A stretch of 39,640 nucleotides of DNA from Candidatus Yanofskybacteria bacterium (GCA_016181055.1 JACOZZ010000028.1:1-39640), one strand, 5' to 3'; positions 22,927 to 32,455 are shown, numbered from the stretch's first letter. Notes: generated from the sequence alone by a model not told the origin. Numbers and translations are program-made.

Positions 22927-24731
22927 TTTTTTAGCATCTCCAAGAACACCTTTTGCGGGATTTCTACGCGCCCCCTCTCTTTCATTTTGGCCTTACCGCG
23001 CTTTTGTTTTTCTAATAATTTCTTTTTGCGTGTTACGTCGCCGCCATACAGATAGCCGGTGACATCTTTGCGCAAAGCGGGAATAGTTTCCCGGGCAATG
23101 ATCTTGCCCCCGATAGCCGCCTGCAGAGACACCGTAAACCACTGCCGAGGCAATATCTTTTTTAATTTTTCAACAATTCGCCTGCCTTCGTAATACGCCT
23201 GTTCGCGCGGCACAATTTTGGAAAACGGCTCAACCCTTTCTTCTGCCACCAATATATCTAATCGCACCAAATCATAAACCTGATAGCCTGACGGCTCGTA
23301 GCTCATTGAAGCGTAACCGGAACTGACGCTTTTAAGCCGGTCGTAAAAATCAGTAATTATTTCGGATAAAGGCACTAGATATTTCAATATCGCCACCTCC
23401 TTGCTTAAATAATCAGTTGCTCTATATTGGCTCCGTAATTCCGCCAAAAGTTTCATTAACTGGCCCATATATGATACCGGACTCAGAATCTCCAGCTCAA
23501 CTATTGGTTCTTCTATACTTTCTATTATGCCGGGGTCAGGCAGGGCGGCAGCTGAACGTATCTTTAAAACCTCAACCCTTTTTGTAGCAACATGGTATTC
23601 CACCGATGGCGTGGAAACAATAAGAGCGAGACCGAATTCACGGCGCAAACGTTCGCTGACTATTTCAATGTGCAGCATGCCAAGAAATCCAAGACGGAAA
23701 CCGCGCCCCAGCGCCGGTGAAGATTCTGGTTCATAGACAAGCGAGGCATCAGTAAGTTTCAATTTGCCGAGCGCATCTTTGAGCGTATCGTAATCATCGC
23801 TAGATTCGGGATAAAAACTGGCGAACACCATCGGCTTAGGTTCCAGATAGCCATGCAACGCTTCGGCCAGTTCACCATCGCCAACTTTAAAGATCGTATC
23901 CCCGACACGAACTTGGCCGGGGTTTTTCAATCCGGTTGCAATGTAACCGATTTCCCCCGCTAATAATTGCTGTTCCTTTTTTAATCGCGGCATAAAACAG
24001 CCGACTTCTATGACGTCAGAACCGGCTTTTGAAGCAAAAAGTTTTATTCTCTCCCCCGCTTTTACCGAACCGTCAAAAACCCTGACATAGGCAATTACTC
24101 CTTTATAGATATCAAAGGAGGAGTCAAATATTAAAGCCCGAAGTGAATTGGTAACTGGTAATCGGTAGTTGGCAATTTGTGGCGCTGGAATCAATTTTAC
24201 AACTGATTCTAGCACTGCCGGCACTCCTTCGCCGGTTTTGGCGGAAATTTTTAAAACTAGCCCAACACCCTCTGTTTCCGGCAAAAGGTGTCGGATCTCT
24301 TCCTCAACTTCAGATACCTTGGCGTTCGGCAAATCAATTTTATTAATCACCGGGATAATTACCAGGCCCTGTTTTTGCGCCAAGTGCAAATTCGCCAGCG
24401 TCTGCGCCTGCACGCCCTTGGTCGCATCAACCAATAAAATCGCCCCCTCAACAGCGGCAAGCGAGCGCGACACTTCGTAGGAAAAGTCCACATGTCCCGG
24501 AGTATCAATCAGGTTCAGCGCATAGTGTTCGGCATGCAGCGCGTAGCTCATTCTAACTGGCTGTAATTTTATCGTAATCCCCCGCTCACGTTCCAATTCC
24601 ATCTGGTCAAGAAATTGTTCGTGCATCTTGCGTTTTTCCACCGTTCCCGTCAATTCCAAAAACCTGTCGGCCAATGTGGACTTACCGTGGTCAATGTGGG
24701 CGATAATACAGAAATTTCTGATATTTTGCAT
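22923..24731 (-). CDS. lepA: Translation elongation factor 4 (LepA)
   Basis: IIAHIDHGKSTLADR, DTPGHVDF and NKIDL G-motifs. 602 aa with the characteristic LepA C-terminus (GGDVTRKKKLLEKQKRGKAKMK). Confidence 0.93.
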   Translation of the reverse strand: MQNIRNFCIIAHIDHGKSTLADRFLELTGTVEKRKMHEQFLDQMELERERGITIKLQPVRMSYALHAEHYALNLIDTPGHVDFSYEVSRSLAAVEGAILLVDATKGVQAQTLANLHLAQKQGLVIIPVINKIDLPNAKVSEVEEEIRHLLPETEGVGLVLKISAKTGEGVPAVLESVVKLIPAPQIANYRLPVTNSLRALIFDSSFDIYKGVIAYVRVFDGSVKAGERIKLFASKAGSDVIEVGCFMPRLKKEQQLLAGEIGYIATGLKNPGQVRVGDTIFKVGDGELAEALHGYLEPKPMVFASFYPESSDDYDTLKDALGKLKLTDASLVYEPESSPALGRGFRLGFLGMLHIEIVSERLRREFGLALIVSTPSVEYHVATKRVEVLKIRSAAALPDPGIIESIEEPIVELEILSPVSYMGQLMKLLAELRSQYRATDYLSKEVAILKYLVPLSEIITDFYDRLKSVSSGYASMSYEPSGYQVYDLVRLDILVAEERVEPFSKIVPREQAYYEGRRIVEKLKKILPRQWFTVSLQAAIGGKIIARETIPALRKDVTGYLYGGDVTRKKKLLEKQKRGKAKMKERGRVEIPQKVFLEMLKK

Positions 24732-24761
24732 GCAATTAAAATATCATCATAAACACTTAAA

Positions 24762-24792
24762 CTCAAATAAAAAAAAACCGCTGTTGCGGTTT
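24762..24792 (-). terminator. Rho-independent terminator of the 24797-25051 gene
   Basis: Minus strand reads AAACCGC-AACA-GCGGTTT followed by TTTTTTATTT. Confidence 0.65.
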
Positions 24793-24796
24793 AAAG

Positions 24797-25051
24797 TTAT
24801 TCAGCGTTTGCTAAAAAAATCCAATATCTTCTATCACGAAAGTATACCGCCTTGCAAGAAACACACTGAATGGCAAATTCATGATGATCCCATTGGGGTG
24901 ACCAGAAAGAAAAAACACCATTGTTACAATCGCCACAAATAAGCCTATTCCCCTCTGCTATATTTTTATCTTGATTAACTTCAATAACTGCACCGCGTGG
25001 CCTTACCAGAGTAAAAGCACCGGTTACTTTTGTTATTTCCGAAACTTTCAT
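24797..25051 (-). CDS. Small 4-Cys (zinc-ribbon-like) hypothetical protein
   Basis: 84 aa with CGDC ... CVSC pairs about 27 residues apart. A GAGGGGTGG RBS-like element lies upstream of the ATG. Confidence 0.5.
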   Translation of the reverse strand: MKVSEITKVTGAFTLVRPRGAVIEVNQDKNIAEGNRLICGDCNNGVFSFWSPQWDHHEFAIQCVSCKAVYFRDRRYWIFLANAE

Positions 25052-25098
25052 TTTCCACCCCTCTTTTAACGATTAAATGAGCCAGGCTAAGCTTATTA

Positions 25099-27654
25099 CT
25101 ATCTAAAATCAATGTCAATTTCCCGGTCAACCGATAGATCAGAGTTCAAAACCAAGCTATCACCCATGGCTTGGAGTCTGGGACTTTGATTTATTACATT
25201 TTTTCCTTCGGGCAATTTAAGACTGAAGGCGATTCTATCATGGCCGGTACCGGATTGTTTCTGCCAAAGCAGATTGTATTCCCCGCCAACAGCAGAAACT
25301 GGGGTTCGGTATTTTAGAGTAACTGATTTGGTTTGTTTCGGCTTGGTAATCAGCCAAAATCCAAAAACGGTTTTACCGGATTCTTCAAAAACATCTACTC
25401 CGGCAACTGGCCTGGTCATACTTTCTTCAACCTGGGCAAGTTCAGGATCTTTTTTAAACCCAAAATCGCCATGACCGATAAGCGGGCTGAAATCGGTTAT
25501 TGATTGGCCTTGTATGCCCTCTAAAACTGAACCCGTGGGAACATAAACCTTGATGTACGCTGAATTATCACGGTTATAAAATCCATATTTAGAGTCGCCG
25601 CCGTTGTGCACGCGATTAATAGTCAGATTGTGATTTAACGTACCGCCATCCCCGATCCCAGCTTCAAAATCCATTGAGTTTTCGGTTACAAAATCTGTTT
25701 TTGAGCCCTTAACATTGGAAAATACGACCTGCAGGTAATCGCCAGCTTGTTGCTTCATCTCGCCGGCTAATCCGTTTTTAATCGCAACTTTTTCTAAATC
25801 TGAATTTTTAAAATATGCCAGCATGTGCTTCTGTTCTGCTGATTCTGATATAATTTTGAAAATCGCAAGCCATTGGTCCTTGTCCTGCCGGGCAAGCCGT
25901 TCAAAAAACTTGGGCTGAAGATCGGTAAGTATCTGCTTGGGCGCTGACCTGTCAGCCTCGTATTCAACCTCATTCTGGATTTCTGCCAAAAAATTACCGG
26001 CATTAAGCGTTAAACCGTATTCCGGCATCTCAATCGGGCCGATAACATCAAAAACCTTGGCAATAACATCCGGCGTAATCGTAAGCACGCCGTCTACCTC
26101 CGGGCCTCCATCCAACTTGTAAAATTCCATCACCTTGCGCGCTGAGAACGGAAAATCGGCGAACCAAGCTGCATCACGCATGCCCCAATTGGGCGTAATG
26201 TGCTGAAGCGGAATGGGCGGCATGATATTCTCCTTTAAATTGGCGTCCGCCCGATAAACATCCTCAACAAAAATTTTCTTTAATGAACCATTCTCAAAAG
26301 TTATCAATCCATATGTACCCGGAAAACCGCCAGTCGGCCTCAACTCACTGTTGTTTTGGAGCAAAACCAGATAGGTTTTAGTGCTATTGCTGCCGACAAA
26401 TTTCAGTAAAAAATCAGAATAATCCACCGCCTCGCTGATATATTTTTTAAATTCAGGTATTTTTTCTTTGAAATCCAGAAAAAGTTCCTGTTTATCAGTC
26501 GGGATAGCGGAAGCGTCAATATCAGCAAGCATATTGTCGGCATTTTTTATGTTTTTATCGGCAAAAATCAAAATATCTTTAAATTCAGTGAGTAATTTAG
26601 AAATTGAGACGCTACCGGCTGAACTGCCACTCTTAGTATCCAAAAAAGAGAGCAGATTAGTTTTATAAAGCGTTCCGAATGCCAGCGATAGATTCTCCCC
26701 TGCCTTTGATAAGCTTTGACCGGCCCCAACTAAATTACTAGCCGCCTTAACCTTATTAAGACCGGGCAGATTGCCAAACACAGAAAGGAAGGACGCGCCA
26801 AGCTGATTAAGCGTCCCCGATGCCTTATTGAGATCATCGTATGCCAGGGCAAAACTATCAGCCGCTTTAACGAAATTGAATCCCTCAAGTTCCTGCTTGG
26901 CGTTTTCAAAATTTGCCACGGCGTTATTACCGTTTTGGATAATATTGTTGCGAGCCCAGATGCCCTGATGGCGCACAAGGCCAAAAACTGCCGAACCCGA
27001 AATAGCCATGGCCCCGAAATACATCATCGCTTTTCGATTAAATCTGAACCACGATGACCATTTTGCCCGCCTAAGTTTTTTGACAGGCACCGAAGGTGCG
27101 ATTTTGCGAGGCAAGTCAAAAAACTTAGGCGGGCTTGGTGGTGACATTGCTTCACGGTTCTTTTGTAGATTCTCAAGCCAGATTTCAATCTCACGCGAAG
27201 CCGGGGAGTGTTGGTAGGCATCAACAATCAATTTAGGTTCAACTCCGACCGAGGTCCAGTTGTCGGTTTTTTTGCGGCTGGCAATTTTAGTTCTGGATCT
27301 TGCATCGCCAATTTTATAAACACGGCCGCCGATACGGGCTAATTCAACCATAACATCAACCGGCTCTGAAATTGTTTTTTCAAGTTCTTCTAATATCGCC
27401 CCCTTGCTGAAAGTTGTCAGTTCATATTTTTTTTTTTTTTCGTGACGCTGGGGCAGTCTTGCAATTAGCTCTTCCCAATAGTCGTCCGGGACGGCCGGCT
27501 TTTCAATTACCGTTTTGGGTTTCTTAACTTCTTCATTTAGCGACTTTTTGACGCGTAAGTTGAGCTCCTGCTTAATTTGTCCCAAAACTAAACTCGCCGA
27601 TTTACCTATCGGTCGGACATCAAACATTGCCAACAAGATATTTCTTTTTGGCAT
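25099..27654 (-). CDS. DUF4012 domain-containing large membrane/surface protein
   Basis: 851 aa with an internal TM (AMMYFGAMAISGSAVFGLV). The DUF4012 signature is LLQNNSELRPTGGFPGTYGLITFENGSL. An extended -10 (TGTATAAT, 27663-27670 on the minus strand) lies 8 nt upstream of the ATG. Confidence 0.8.
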   Translation of the reverse strand: MPKRNILLAMFDVRPIGKSASLVLGQIKQELNLRVKKSLNEEVKKPKTVIEKPAVPDDYWEELIARLPQRHEKKKKYELTTFSKGAILEELEKTISEPVDVMVELARIGGRVYKIGDARSRTKIASRKKTDNWTSVGVEPKLIVDAYQHSPASREIEIWLENLQKNREAMSPPSPPKFFDLPRKIAPSVPVKKLRRAKWSSWFRFNRKAMMYFGAMAISGSAVFGLVRHQGIWARNNIIQNGNNAVANFENAKQELEGFNFVKAADSFALAYDDLNKASGTLNQLGASFLSVFGNLPGLNKVKAASNLVGAGQSLSKAGENLSLAFGTLYKTNLLSFLDTKSGSSAGSVSISKLLTEFKDILIFADKNIKNADNMLADIDASAIPTDKQELFLDFKEKIPEFKKYISEAVDYSDFLLKFVGSNSTKTYLVLLQNNSELRPTGGFPGTYGLITFENGSLKKIFVEDVYRADANLKENIMPPIPLQHITPNWGMRDAAWFADFPFSARKVMEFYKLDGGPEVDGVLTITPDVIAKVFDVIGPIEMPEYGLTLNAGNFLAEIQNEVEYEADRSAPKQILTDLQPKFFERLARQDKDQWLAIFKIISESAEQKHMLAYFKNSDLEKVAIKNGLAGEMKQQAGDYLQVVFSNVKGSKTDFVTENSMDFEAGIGDGGTLNHNLTINRVHNGGDSKYGFYNRDNSAYIKVYVPTGSVLEGIQGQSITDFSPLIGHGDFGFKKDPELAQVEESMTRPVAGVDVFEESGKTVFGFWLITKPKQTKSVTLKYRTPVSAVGGEYNLLWQKQSGTGHDRIAFSLKLPEGKNVINQSPRLQAMGDSLVLNSDLSVDREIDIDFR

Positions 27655-27755
27655 CTCTTTTTATTATACAACTAATCTGGGTTTACTAGCTGTGGATTGT
27701 GAAGCTCTTTAAAAAATTACAAACTTCTAATAGCAAAAGATTTTCTACCGTCTAC

Positions 27756-27803
27756 GCGCGCGTGTTTTGCTGGCCCTTCGGGACAGGCGCAAAACGCGCG
27801 CGC
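27756..27803 (+). other. Extended GC-rich hairpin with cUUCGg apical loop (unassigned RNA element)
   Basis: A 15-bp continuous stem (27756-27770 with 27789-27803) includes one pair (T27763/G27796) that is G-U only on the plus strand. The apical CCC-TTCG-GGG is at 27774-27782. It is embedded in an AT-rich intergenic region. Confidence 0.4.
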
Positions 27804-27911
27804 CTCCGCCGGTAAACCCGCTGGGCTAGTGCTTTTCTTATCAATTTGCGAACGATAAAAACCGCTGATTGGTATCGGCTTGGGGTTTGTAATTTTTGTT
27901 GTGGTTTACTT

Positions 27912-27942
27912 AGGACAAATTAAAAGTGCCATTTGGCACTTT
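27912..27942 (-). terminator. Rho-independent terminator of the 27943-28260 gene
   Basis: Minus strand reads AAAGTGCC-AAAT-GGCACTTT followed by TAATTTGT. It starts directly after the TAG stop. Confidence 0.55.
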
Positions 27943-28260
27943 CTATGTAAAAACTGCTTTACCTGCTTTTTTCGTCTCTTTGTTTCTTATCAAGATCTGA
28001 TAGTTTTCTTGCAAGTCATCAGGAACACCATCGCAAATTTCGGCATCTGCCACACTGAAGGAATGGCCGCCAGCCCATCCAGGGTCTGGTCTTTCTGTAT
28101 AACCTCTGAAATTATTTGCAACTGTTTCATCGGTGGTTACAAAGAGGATCCTTGGTCCTCCAGAACCTGGAAATCCGCCCAAGCGTGTTATGAAAATAAT
28201 AAAACATTTTTTATTTTTTCCCGTGGTTTCTTGTTGTCCATTTGATGTTTTGGCATCCAT
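27943..28260 (-). CDS. Hypothetical protein (105 aa)
   Basis: The ATG at 28260 (MDAKTSNG...) has AGGAG 7 nt upstream. No family recognised. Confidence 0.5.
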   Translation of the reverse strand: MDAKTSNGQQETTGKNKKCFIIFITRLGGFPGSGGPRILFVTTDETVANNFRGYTERPDPGWAGGHSFSVADAEICDGVPDDLQENYQILIRNKETKKAGKAVFT

Positions 28261-28307
28261 TCTGAATCTCCTATTTGTAAAAGACAAGACTAGACTAGAT
28301 CATATTA

Positions 28308-29387
28308 TCACAAGGCATTAACCATGTCAACTATCTTGGTTTTGAATACCCCTTTATCAAACTTGAGGGCGTGGGTGCGGATGACTGAGGGGTCCCAATG
28401 AGTTTGATAATGCCGGCCTATGGCTTGGGCGAGGGAGATTTCGGTTTGGTCGTCAAAAAATATACCGGTTTGATTTTCTAAAATAGTTTCCAACGCTCCG
28501 CCGCCGCGGTAAGCAATCACAGGCCGGCCGGAGGACATTGACTCAAGCGGGACAATACCAAAGTCCTCCTCCTGCGGAAATATCACCGCCTGCGCGTGAG
28601 CGTAAAGTTCCGGCATTTTATAATCCGAAACTAGACCAAGAAATTCAATATTTGGTTTGGCTGTTTTTTCAAGCCGCTTATGCTCTGGTCCGTCGCCAAC
28701 GATTTTAAGCGGTTTCCCTATGGCATTGAATACTTTAACTGCCAGGTCAAAACGCTTATACGGCACCAACCGGCCAACCATCAAAAAATAATCTCCAACT
28801 TCGCTGCTTATATGGTATTTATGCGCGTCAACCGGCGGATAGATAACTTCAGCATCACCATCATAATATTTCTTTATCCTGGATTTTACAAAACTTGATA
28901 TCGCTACAAACTTATCAACGCGAAGAGCGGCTTCTTTGTCCCAAATGCGAAGATAGGTTATGAAAAACGGCACAAGTTTTTTAATCGGCCAAGGGTAGCG
29001 GAATTCCTCAATATAGCGATGGCTGTCATCCCAAAGAAATCTAGTAGGTGTCAGGCAGTAATTTATGTGCTTGGTCTGTGGTTTGGTAATGACACCTTTG
29101 GTAAAAGAGGCTGAGACGGATAAGACTACGTCAAAATATGACAGATCAAACTGCTCAACCGCAAGCGGCATCAAAAGAGGAAAAATCCGGTGGTGCCTGC
29201 GCGCAAACGGAAGCTTCTGCAAAAAAGAGGTGTGTATCTCACGGCCGTGGAAAACCCCGCCGGTCATTCGCTCATCATAAATCAGAGTATAGATAGGCGC
29301 ATCCGGAAAAATCTCGCACAAAACCTCCAGCACTCTCTCCGCCCCACCATATTGGTTTAAGTAATCATGTACTAAAGCGACTCTCAT
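28308..29387 (-). CDS. Glycosyltransferase family 4 (GT-B fold)
   Basis: MRVALVHDYLNQYGGAERV N-terminus and the C-terminal EDFGIVPLESMSSGRPVIA (E-x7-E-type) motif. Confidence 0.8.
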   Translation of the reverse strand: MRVALVHDYLNQYGGAERVLEVLCEIFPDAPIYTLIYDERMTGGVFHGREIHTSFLQKLPFARRHHRIFPLLMPLAVEQFDLSYFDVVLSVSASFTKGVITKPQTKHINYCLTPTRFLWDDSHRYIEEFRYPWPIKKLVPFFITYLRIWDKEAALRVDKFVAISSFVKSRIKKYYDGDAEVIYPPVDAHKYHISSEVGDYFLMVGRLVPYKRFDLAVKVFNAIGKPLKIVGDGPEHKRLEKTAKPNIEFLGLVSDYKMPELYAHAQAVIFPQEEDFGIVPLESMSSGRPVIAYRGGGALETILENQTGIFFDDQTEISLAQAIGRHYQTHWDPSVIRTHALKFDKGVFKTKIVDMVNAL

Positions 29388-29414
29388 ATCGTCAAAAGCG
29401 TATCAAATTCTAAG

Positions 29415-29443
29415 GTAAAAACAAAACCGGCTCATTGGCCGGT
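29415..29443 (-). terminator. Rho-independent terminator overlapping the EF-hand gene stop
   Basis: Minus strand reads ACCGGC-CAATGA-GCCGGT followed by TTTGTTTTT. Confidence 0.55.
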
Positions 29444-30010
29444 AGCATAACGTTGGAGTTCAGAACCATATGTAAGGTTCTGCACATTGAAAAAGATTTG
29501 AAATAGAAAACTTGATTGGCTGCTTGTCGGTCTTTGAGCAAGTAATCTAAGCGGACAAGATTCATCGGGATATGCCTCGTACAATTTACTAAGAGCGGCT
29601 GCGCCTTCTTCAAAGCTTAGCCTTCCATCTTTGTCGTTATCCACATCCACCAGCGCTCTTAAAAAATCCCACGAATTGAAGGGTTTAACCGGGTCAATCG
29701 TGAATTCCGCGATATAACTTTTATTATTATCTGTTTGTGCGAGTTTGGCAATCAGAATGGCTTGGTTCTCGTACGAACCAACTGTATGAAGCAATCTTTC
29801 GCCATCATAATCAAAACTTTTATAAACAGCCAGGACTTCCTCAATTTCCAGCTTGCCATTTCTATTTACATCGGCTTTTTCTTGGGCTTTCTTAATGTAT
29901 TTCTTTTCTTTATACCCGTTATAGGCAACGCCGAATAGAAAGTAAAATAAATAAATAAATAAAATAACAAGAATGGCACGCCCACGCCGATTCTTCTTCA
30001 TATTATTCAT
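29432..30010 (-). CDS. Membrane-anchored protein with two canonical EF-hand Ca-binding loops
   Basis: The N-terminus KKNRRGR plus TM (AILVILFIYLFYFLFGVAY) anchors the protein. The EF loops DVNRNGKLEIEE and DNDKDGRLSFEE fit D-x-[DN]-x-[DN]-G-x-[ILV]-x-x-x-E. Confidence 0.65.
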   Translation of the reverse strand: MNNMKKNRRGRAILVILFIYLFYFLFGVAYNGYKEKKYIKKAQEKADVNRNGKLEIEEVLAVYKSFDYDGERLLHTVGSYENQAILIAKLAQTDNNKSYIAEFTIDPVKPFNSWDFLRALVDVDNDKDGRLSFEEGAAALSKLYEAYPDESCPLRLLAQRPTSSQSSFLFQIFFNVQNLTYGSELQRYATGQ

Positions 30011-30084
30011 ATTATTTCTCCCTTTTGTAAAATAGCTAAACAGAAATTACCCTGGCAAGAGATTATCAAATAATTGGAAAAGTG

Positions 30085-31470
30085 TCAAGCCGCGGATTTA
30101 TCACGGAGGAGTTTTAGAATGGTAAGGATTAGGATTCTAGCATCCTGCCAGAGAGACCAATTTTCAATGTAAAATGTGTCCAGGGCGACTTCTTCTTCAA
30201 ACGGCAAATCTGAACTGCCTGAGATTTGAGCAAGACCCGTAATGCCGGCTTTGATCGCAAGTACTCGTCGGTGATGCTTCTCATATCCCTCTATCTCATC
30301 CGGCTGATGGGGGCGCGGGCCAACCAGAGAGATCTCTCCTTTCAGCACGTTCCAAAGCTGCGGAAATTCATCTAAACGATAGCGGCGTAAGAGACGGCCG
30401 GCTCTGGTTATGCGCGGATCGTTTTTTATTTTGAAAAGGGGGCTATCGGCACGCTCATTGAATGCGGCCAAATACGCCTTGTATCTTTCCGCGTCTTTTA
30501 TCATTGAACGAAATTTGTGTAATTTAAAACGCTTACTCCCGCTTACGCGTTCAAGATGAACAAAGACCGGCCCCTCCGTTTCCCACTTGACCGCAAAAGC
30601 GATAATTCCAAAAACTGGCGCCAATATCATCAGTCCGAACAGCGAACCAAGCATATCAATTATTCTTTTGGTAATTCTCCCCCACCCGTCCAGCGCCGTT
30701 CGCTTAAGCTCAACTAAAGGCACGCCAGCCAGCGCATCAAAAGCAAAATTTGCCGTCAAAGTCTGGTAAATATTAGGCACGAATCTAAAGGTCAGGTGGT
30801 TTTCATGGCAAAATTCAACTATCTCTATAACTTTATCGGCGGGATAATTGGGATTTGCCAATAAAACCTCATCAATGCCCGGATTACCGACGGCAGACTT
30901 AACTTCGGCTACTTCAGGATTGCTCAAATGCTTAACTATGCGATAACCGAAAGCCGGGTTGTCTCTGATATGCTGGACGATTTTTTGAGTTGTTTGGTCT
31001 CCGCCTATTATCATAACTTTATGGACGCCAAAATCACGCCTAGAAACAAGATATCTTTGGATACGACGCATCAATAATCGCCCCGACGAAACAAAAACAA
31101 TGGCAAAGAACCACGCGCCTAAAACTAAAAATCTTGAATCAAACAGTTCCTGCCTCAAGAAAATATATATGATTATCGCCATTATACCGGCCGATGAGGC
31201 AATTACGACTTTGGAAAATTCTTCAAGGGTCCGCCTGGTGCTGGCAAGCTGATAGAGGCCGGAAATGGCGTAGGAAATAATAAACACGGCCGACATGGCA
31301 ACAATCAAAATCAGGTATTTTTCAAAGGGCAAATTAAATTCAAAAAGCACTGGCCTGAATGACGACAATATTCGGGTACGCAAAAAGTAGGTGGCAATAC
31401 CCGCCGCCATCAGCATCATAAGATCAACCGGCAGAAGCAACACGCTGAATATGAGTTCGGAACGTTTCAT
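30085..31470 (-). CDS. Polyprenyl-phosphate glycosyl-1-phosphate transferase (WbaP/EpsL-type sugar transferase)
   Basis: 461 aa with 4-5 N-terminal TMs and a central Rossmann-like region. The C-terminal bacterial sugar transferase block is RPLFKIKNDPRITRAGRLLRRYRLDEFPQLWNVLKGEISLVGPRP. Confidence 0.85.
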   Translation of the reverse strand: MKRSELIFSVLLLPVDLMMLMAAGIATYFLRTRILSSFRPVLFEFNLPFEKYLILIVAMSAVFIISYAISGLYQLASTRRTLEEFSKVVIASSAGIMAIIIYIFLRQELFDSRFLVLGAWFFAIVFVSSGRLLMRRIQRYLVSRRDFGVHKVMIIGGDQTTQKIVQHIRDNPAFGYRIVKHLSNPEVAEVKSAVGNPGIDEVLLANPNYPADKVIEIVEFCHENHLTFRFVPNIYQTLTANFAFDALAGVPLVELKRTALDGWGRITKRIIDMLGSLFGLMILAPVFGIIAFAVKWETEGPVFVHLERVSGSKRFKLHKFRSMIKDAERYKAYLAAFNERADSPLFKIKNDPRITRAGRLLRRYRLDEFPQLWNVLKGEISLVGPRPHQPDEIEGYEKHHRRVLAIKAGITGLAQISGSSDLPFEEEVALDTFYIENWSLWQDARILILTILKLLRDKSAA

Positions 31471-31507
31471 ACGTTCACAATCTACACTAAACTCCAGCTA
31501 TTTTCAA

Positions 31508-31536
31508 CCAAAAATAAAACCGCCATTTTGGCGGCT
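31508..31536 (-). terminator. Rho-independent terminator of the 31557-31901 gene
   Basis: Minus strand reads CCGCC-AAAAT-GGCGG followed by TTTTATTTTT. Confidence 0.6.
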
Positions 31537-31556
31537 AGTTGACGGTAAATATTTAT

Positions 31557-31901
31557 CTAGATTAAAGCATATTTTAGTCTTATCCAACGGGTTGCTTCTT
31601 GATCATCTTTCCAATCTCTTGCCAAAGTAAAAGAGCGATAAATCTTTTTGCCGGTTCCATTTATTACCGTGAATAAAATAGTTTTTAGATCAATAATGGG
31701 ATTATCTAATCCGGCACGTGTCCCTATAACTAAAACATGGTTTTGACCCTCTTGAATTGATGAAATTTTGTCCAGCTTCTCCAAAGAAACATGCATAGGA
31801 ATAAAATGTTCCCATTCTCTGGATTCTACTAAAACAACATATTCGTCCTTAAATAACAGGGTTAGTTCACTCACCAGAAACTCAGCTTGTTCTCTATTCA
31901 C
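31557..31901 (-). CDS. Hypothetical protein (about 114 aa)
   Basis: The ORF runs to 31946, but that start is TTG without an RBS. The GTG at 31901 has AAGGGGG 5 nt upstream, and the first ATG is at residue 51. No family recognised. Confidence 0.4.
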   Translation of the reverse strand: MNREQAEFLVSELTLLFKDEYVVLVESREWEHFIPMHVSLEKLDKISSIQEGQNHVLVIGTRAGLDNPIIDLKTILFTVINGTGKKIYRSFTLARDWKDDQEATRWIRLKYALI

Positions 31902-31995
31902 AGGAACCCCCTTTTTAAAGTCCTCTGAATGCGCAGATAATAACAAAGGTACAGAAACTTGTCAAATACCACGCACCATGCTACAATTATAATGT

Positions 31996-32419
31996 CTTGG
32001 TAAATCGGGTGATTGCTGGCCGCTATAAAGCGGCTGGAGGAAAGTCCGAACACTGCTTCGCTAAAGCTATGCAGTGCGTAGCACCTTAGCAAAGTATTGG
32101 CAGTGGCTAACGGCCACCGGATATAAGTTCTGCAATTCTTCCTCTTAAGAGAAGAGCGGCAGAGCAAAATCTAGGGAAAGTGGCACAGAAACTATTCCGA
32201 GCTCTTTTGGCGTAAGTCAGAAGACTGCGGGTGAAAAGTTCCCGAACGGGATCGCCCCATGGTGACATGGGTGCGTGTTAAACCCTGCCTGGTGCAAGTA
32301 CAGCGTTGTAACACAGAAATGTGATACCTCGAAAAGTTCGTACGCTAGAGGTTGGCAGTAATGCCAATCCCAGATAAATAATCACACAAAAACAGAATTC
32401 GGCTTATAGATTTGCCAAG
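31996..32419 (+). ncRNA. rnpB: RNase P RNA (bacterial type A-like)
   Basis: The P4 5' strand is GGAGGAAAGTCCGAACAC (32035-) and the 3' strand is ACAGAATTCGGCTTATAG (32392-). P4 covaries relative to E. coli (CCGAA/TTCGG versus CCGGG/CCCGG). P1 pairs CTTGGTAAATC (31996-32006) with GATTTGCCAAG (32409-32419). TATAAT lies at 31988-31993. Confidence 0.9.
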
Positions 32420-32425
32420 ACAATC

Positions 32426-32455
32426 AAAAACCCCGCCTAAGTGGGGTTTTTGTTT
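32426..32455. terminator. Bidirectional terminator between rnpB and rnhA
   Basis: AAAAACCCCGC-CTAA-GTGGGGTTTTT. Confidence 0.7.

Noticed and set aside
27691-27699. TGTGGATTG as a reverse DnaA box upstream of the DUF4012 gene
   Set aside because: It has two mismatches to TGTGGATAA, is a single copy, and has no neighbouring boxes. It is not distinguishable from chance.
31768-32167. ORFs 31768-31992(+) and 31898-32167(-) from the six-frame track
   Set aside because: They overlap the rnpB promoter and 5' region. The RNase P RNA assignment (P4 motifs, P1 pairing) explains the sequence, and the ORFs lack RBSs and family resemblance.
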